Below are positions 61,901-64,000 of a stretch of 64,000 nt of DNA, in pieces. Position numbers and translations under genes: made by a program. The stretch is from assembly GCA_032718475.1 (NCBI GenBank), contig JAUCBJ010006711.1, positions 163,881-227,880 on the forward strand, read 5' to 3'. The notes under the pieces were generated by a model that ran no database searches, had not been told where the DNA came from, and saw only the letters and a list, made by a program, of their open reading frames with translations. The DNA is from Nemertoderma westbladi (lineage: Eukaryota; Animalia; Xenacoelomorpha). Every line of letters starts with the position of its first letter. Positions within the stretch are counted from its first letter, which is position 1.

Positions 61901-62627
61901 GTCAAATTCCTTGGTATTTTTCTGCAATAATTTATCAAAATATCCTCTGATTTTTTTAAAAAACCATATCAATTTTCATATTTATAACTTCTATCCCACT
62001 CAACGAGATAAAGTATCTTAAATGAAAGTCAAAAGAACAGGTAACACTTACATTTATAGAAGTAATCAGCTGTTATTTGCTACGTCTTTCCGCTGGAGAT
62101 GGATGAATTTTGATTGCGTTGGAACACCCCCTATCTGTGGCTTTCTGAGTGGAGAGATAAGTATCCTATCTCCCTATTAATATTGTTGTGTTGAATATTT
62201 TTTATAGTTTCATCGTATTGCCAAAGTGACTAGAGCTCAAGTTGTCTCATAATACAATAATTCACCTCAAATATCTCAGCTATTTCATGAACATAATGAA
62301 GTATTAAATCCATGTCAAAATCCTTGGTATTTTTCTGCAATAATTTATCAAAATATCCTCTGATTTTTTTCAAAAACCATATCAATTTTCATATTTATAA
62401 CTTCTATCCCACTCCACGAGATTGAGAATCTTAAATGAACGTCAAAAGAACAGGTAACACTTACATTTATAGAAGTAATCAGCTGTTATTTTCTACGTCT
62501 TTCCGCTGGAGATGGATGAATTTTGATTGTGTCAGAACACCCCCTATCTGTGGCTGTCTGAGTTTAGAAATAAGTAGCCTATCTCCCTATTAATATTGTT
62601 GTGTTCTAGAATATTTATTATAGTTTC

Positions 62628-64000
62628 TGTTGCGTTCTGTGCTCAAAAAACACTGAACAACGAAATGTAAGCCGACTACTGATTCTAATTGACTCAGATA
62701 GATTGCTTACTAATATCCTACAGCGTTTGAATAAACCACCCGTTTATAAGGCAAAACTAATATTTCTGAAATGTTCTAAATGTTGCTGCTAATTAAGGCA
62801 AAAAGGTGATACCCACATTTAAATATCACATGACTGAGTCAAGCTAAATTTGCTATATTGTAATCTAGATTTAGCGTATACTTTCAATATAATATAGGAC
62901 TAATTTTGTAATAAATATAAAATGAAATCTGACAGTCGAGTTCCGCCAATTATCGGCTATAAGCCGCTTTTACGCAGGTCCCATTTCCAAATAATGTCAT
63001 TTTGGCTTCTCCAAAACTGTAATACTTCCAATGAACCAACCGAAAAGGGAGAGTCTGTCTATTATGGATGATCAAATAGCTAACCAGCCCACCTTGTGAC
63101 AGTGAAAGATCCCCAAAATCGAAAGTCGGCCTAGTGATAGAAATATATATAAATCAGAATTGTGAGTCCCCCCAAATAATCCCAAATGAAATGTAGAATC
63201 GAAGCACCTATTTTTTACTGTCGATTCCCCTCCCAAAACTAGGAATGGTTGGAAATGGGCTGGGCTGGTCAATAATCTAATGCGGCAATACGACCTTTTA
63301 TCCAAAATGTACTAACAGACTAATTAAATCAAAAAACATCCTAGGGCCTACTTATTCAGCATATAACCGTCTCAGCCGTCGAAGGAATATTTCTGTATTG
63401 CACCCCACCCCCCTGCCCCAAATGAACCCCAGTGTTCCTCGCTTAATTTTGAACCCCTTCCAGTGTAGTGTTGCAGGCCTACCGATGGGCGATAGGCTAT
63501 ACTTCCCTGTTCATTATACCGGTATACTGGCCGGATTTTGCTTCATCTCATACCCTCTCGCCTGTGGAATCGCCGGCAGATCGCTCCCGGTAAAACTACT
63601 CCATTATCCTGTATGTTATTTCCATAGGCCTACTGCCATGTGCCATATGTTGAAAATTGTCCGTTTTCAGATTGTAGACGGACAATTTAATTGAATCAGT
63701 CATTAACAGATTTAGGATTTACGGCATTTCACATTTAACTTGAAATCACAATGTCAAAGAACAAACAACAGGTATAATTCAGTACCAGTAATTATAAATA
63801 TGACCAAATGACAAATTGTAGTTGTTGTGGAGTTGTGCAGTACTACAGTTAGCAGTCTGCTTAAGTACTGAAGAACACAAAAGCGAATTCTTAATAATTA
63901 AAAACTCACCAAATGACTGAATGACAAAGTGACATGTCCCTTTTTAAAAAGTGTTGGGCGCGAAATTCAAACTTTCTATGATTTAGTATACTGTATAGAA
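62628..64000. mobile_element. Probable terminus (LTR) of a third element inserted into the satellite
   Basis: The monomer breaks mid-unit (..TAGTTTC|TGTTGCG..); the new sequence starts TGTT and is non-coding to the window end. No second end is visible. Confidence 0.45.

Larger units (their letters stand above)
26061..62627. repeat. AT-rich satellite DNA array, 416-bp monomer, ~88 head-to-tail copies
   Basis: GAGATGGATGAATTTT recurs at 26061, 26477, 26893 and onward (416-bp period). Length variants: 3-bp deletion, 1-bp indels, 48-bp deletion, 12-bp duplication. Single orientation throughout. Confidence 0.99.

Noticed and set aside
26061-62627. CRISPR-like or spacer-containing array
   Set aside because: Monomers are contiguous near-identical 416-bp units with no unique spacers; there are no cas genes and the context is eukaryotic.
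63072-63694. Short ORFs (77 and 98 aa) at the right end as genes
   Set aside because: Non-ATG starts, no motifs, within AT-rich LTR-like sequence.

Overview
Eukaryotic heterochromatin-like window with no host genes. Bases 1-26060 are two nested BEL/Pao (Belpaoviridae) LTR retrotransposons. The outer, decayed + strand element (gag-pol fragment 2-2910, 3' part 21491-26060) is interrupted by a young, nearly intact - strand element (2911-21490) whose terminal direct repeats differ at only ~3 of 1665 positions by eye. Bases 26061-62627 are a ~416-bp satellite array (~88 monomers) with local higher-order repeats, and a probable third LTR element starts at 62628. Two signals stand out. (1) Both divergent BEL/Pao elements carry, in the env slot after pol, a homologous extra ORF with a DnaQ/DEDDy-like 3'-5' exonuclease domain. 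Both copies have an unusual YxxxE ExoIII motif, and the inner copy also has three CCHC zinc knuckles. (2) The inner element has eight copies of a 17-18 bp palindromic motif (CCAAACCCRCRGGTTTGG) spaced every 1.1-2.6 kb through coding and non-coding sequence, independent of reading frame. All domain calls come from reading motifs by eye; no database search was run.
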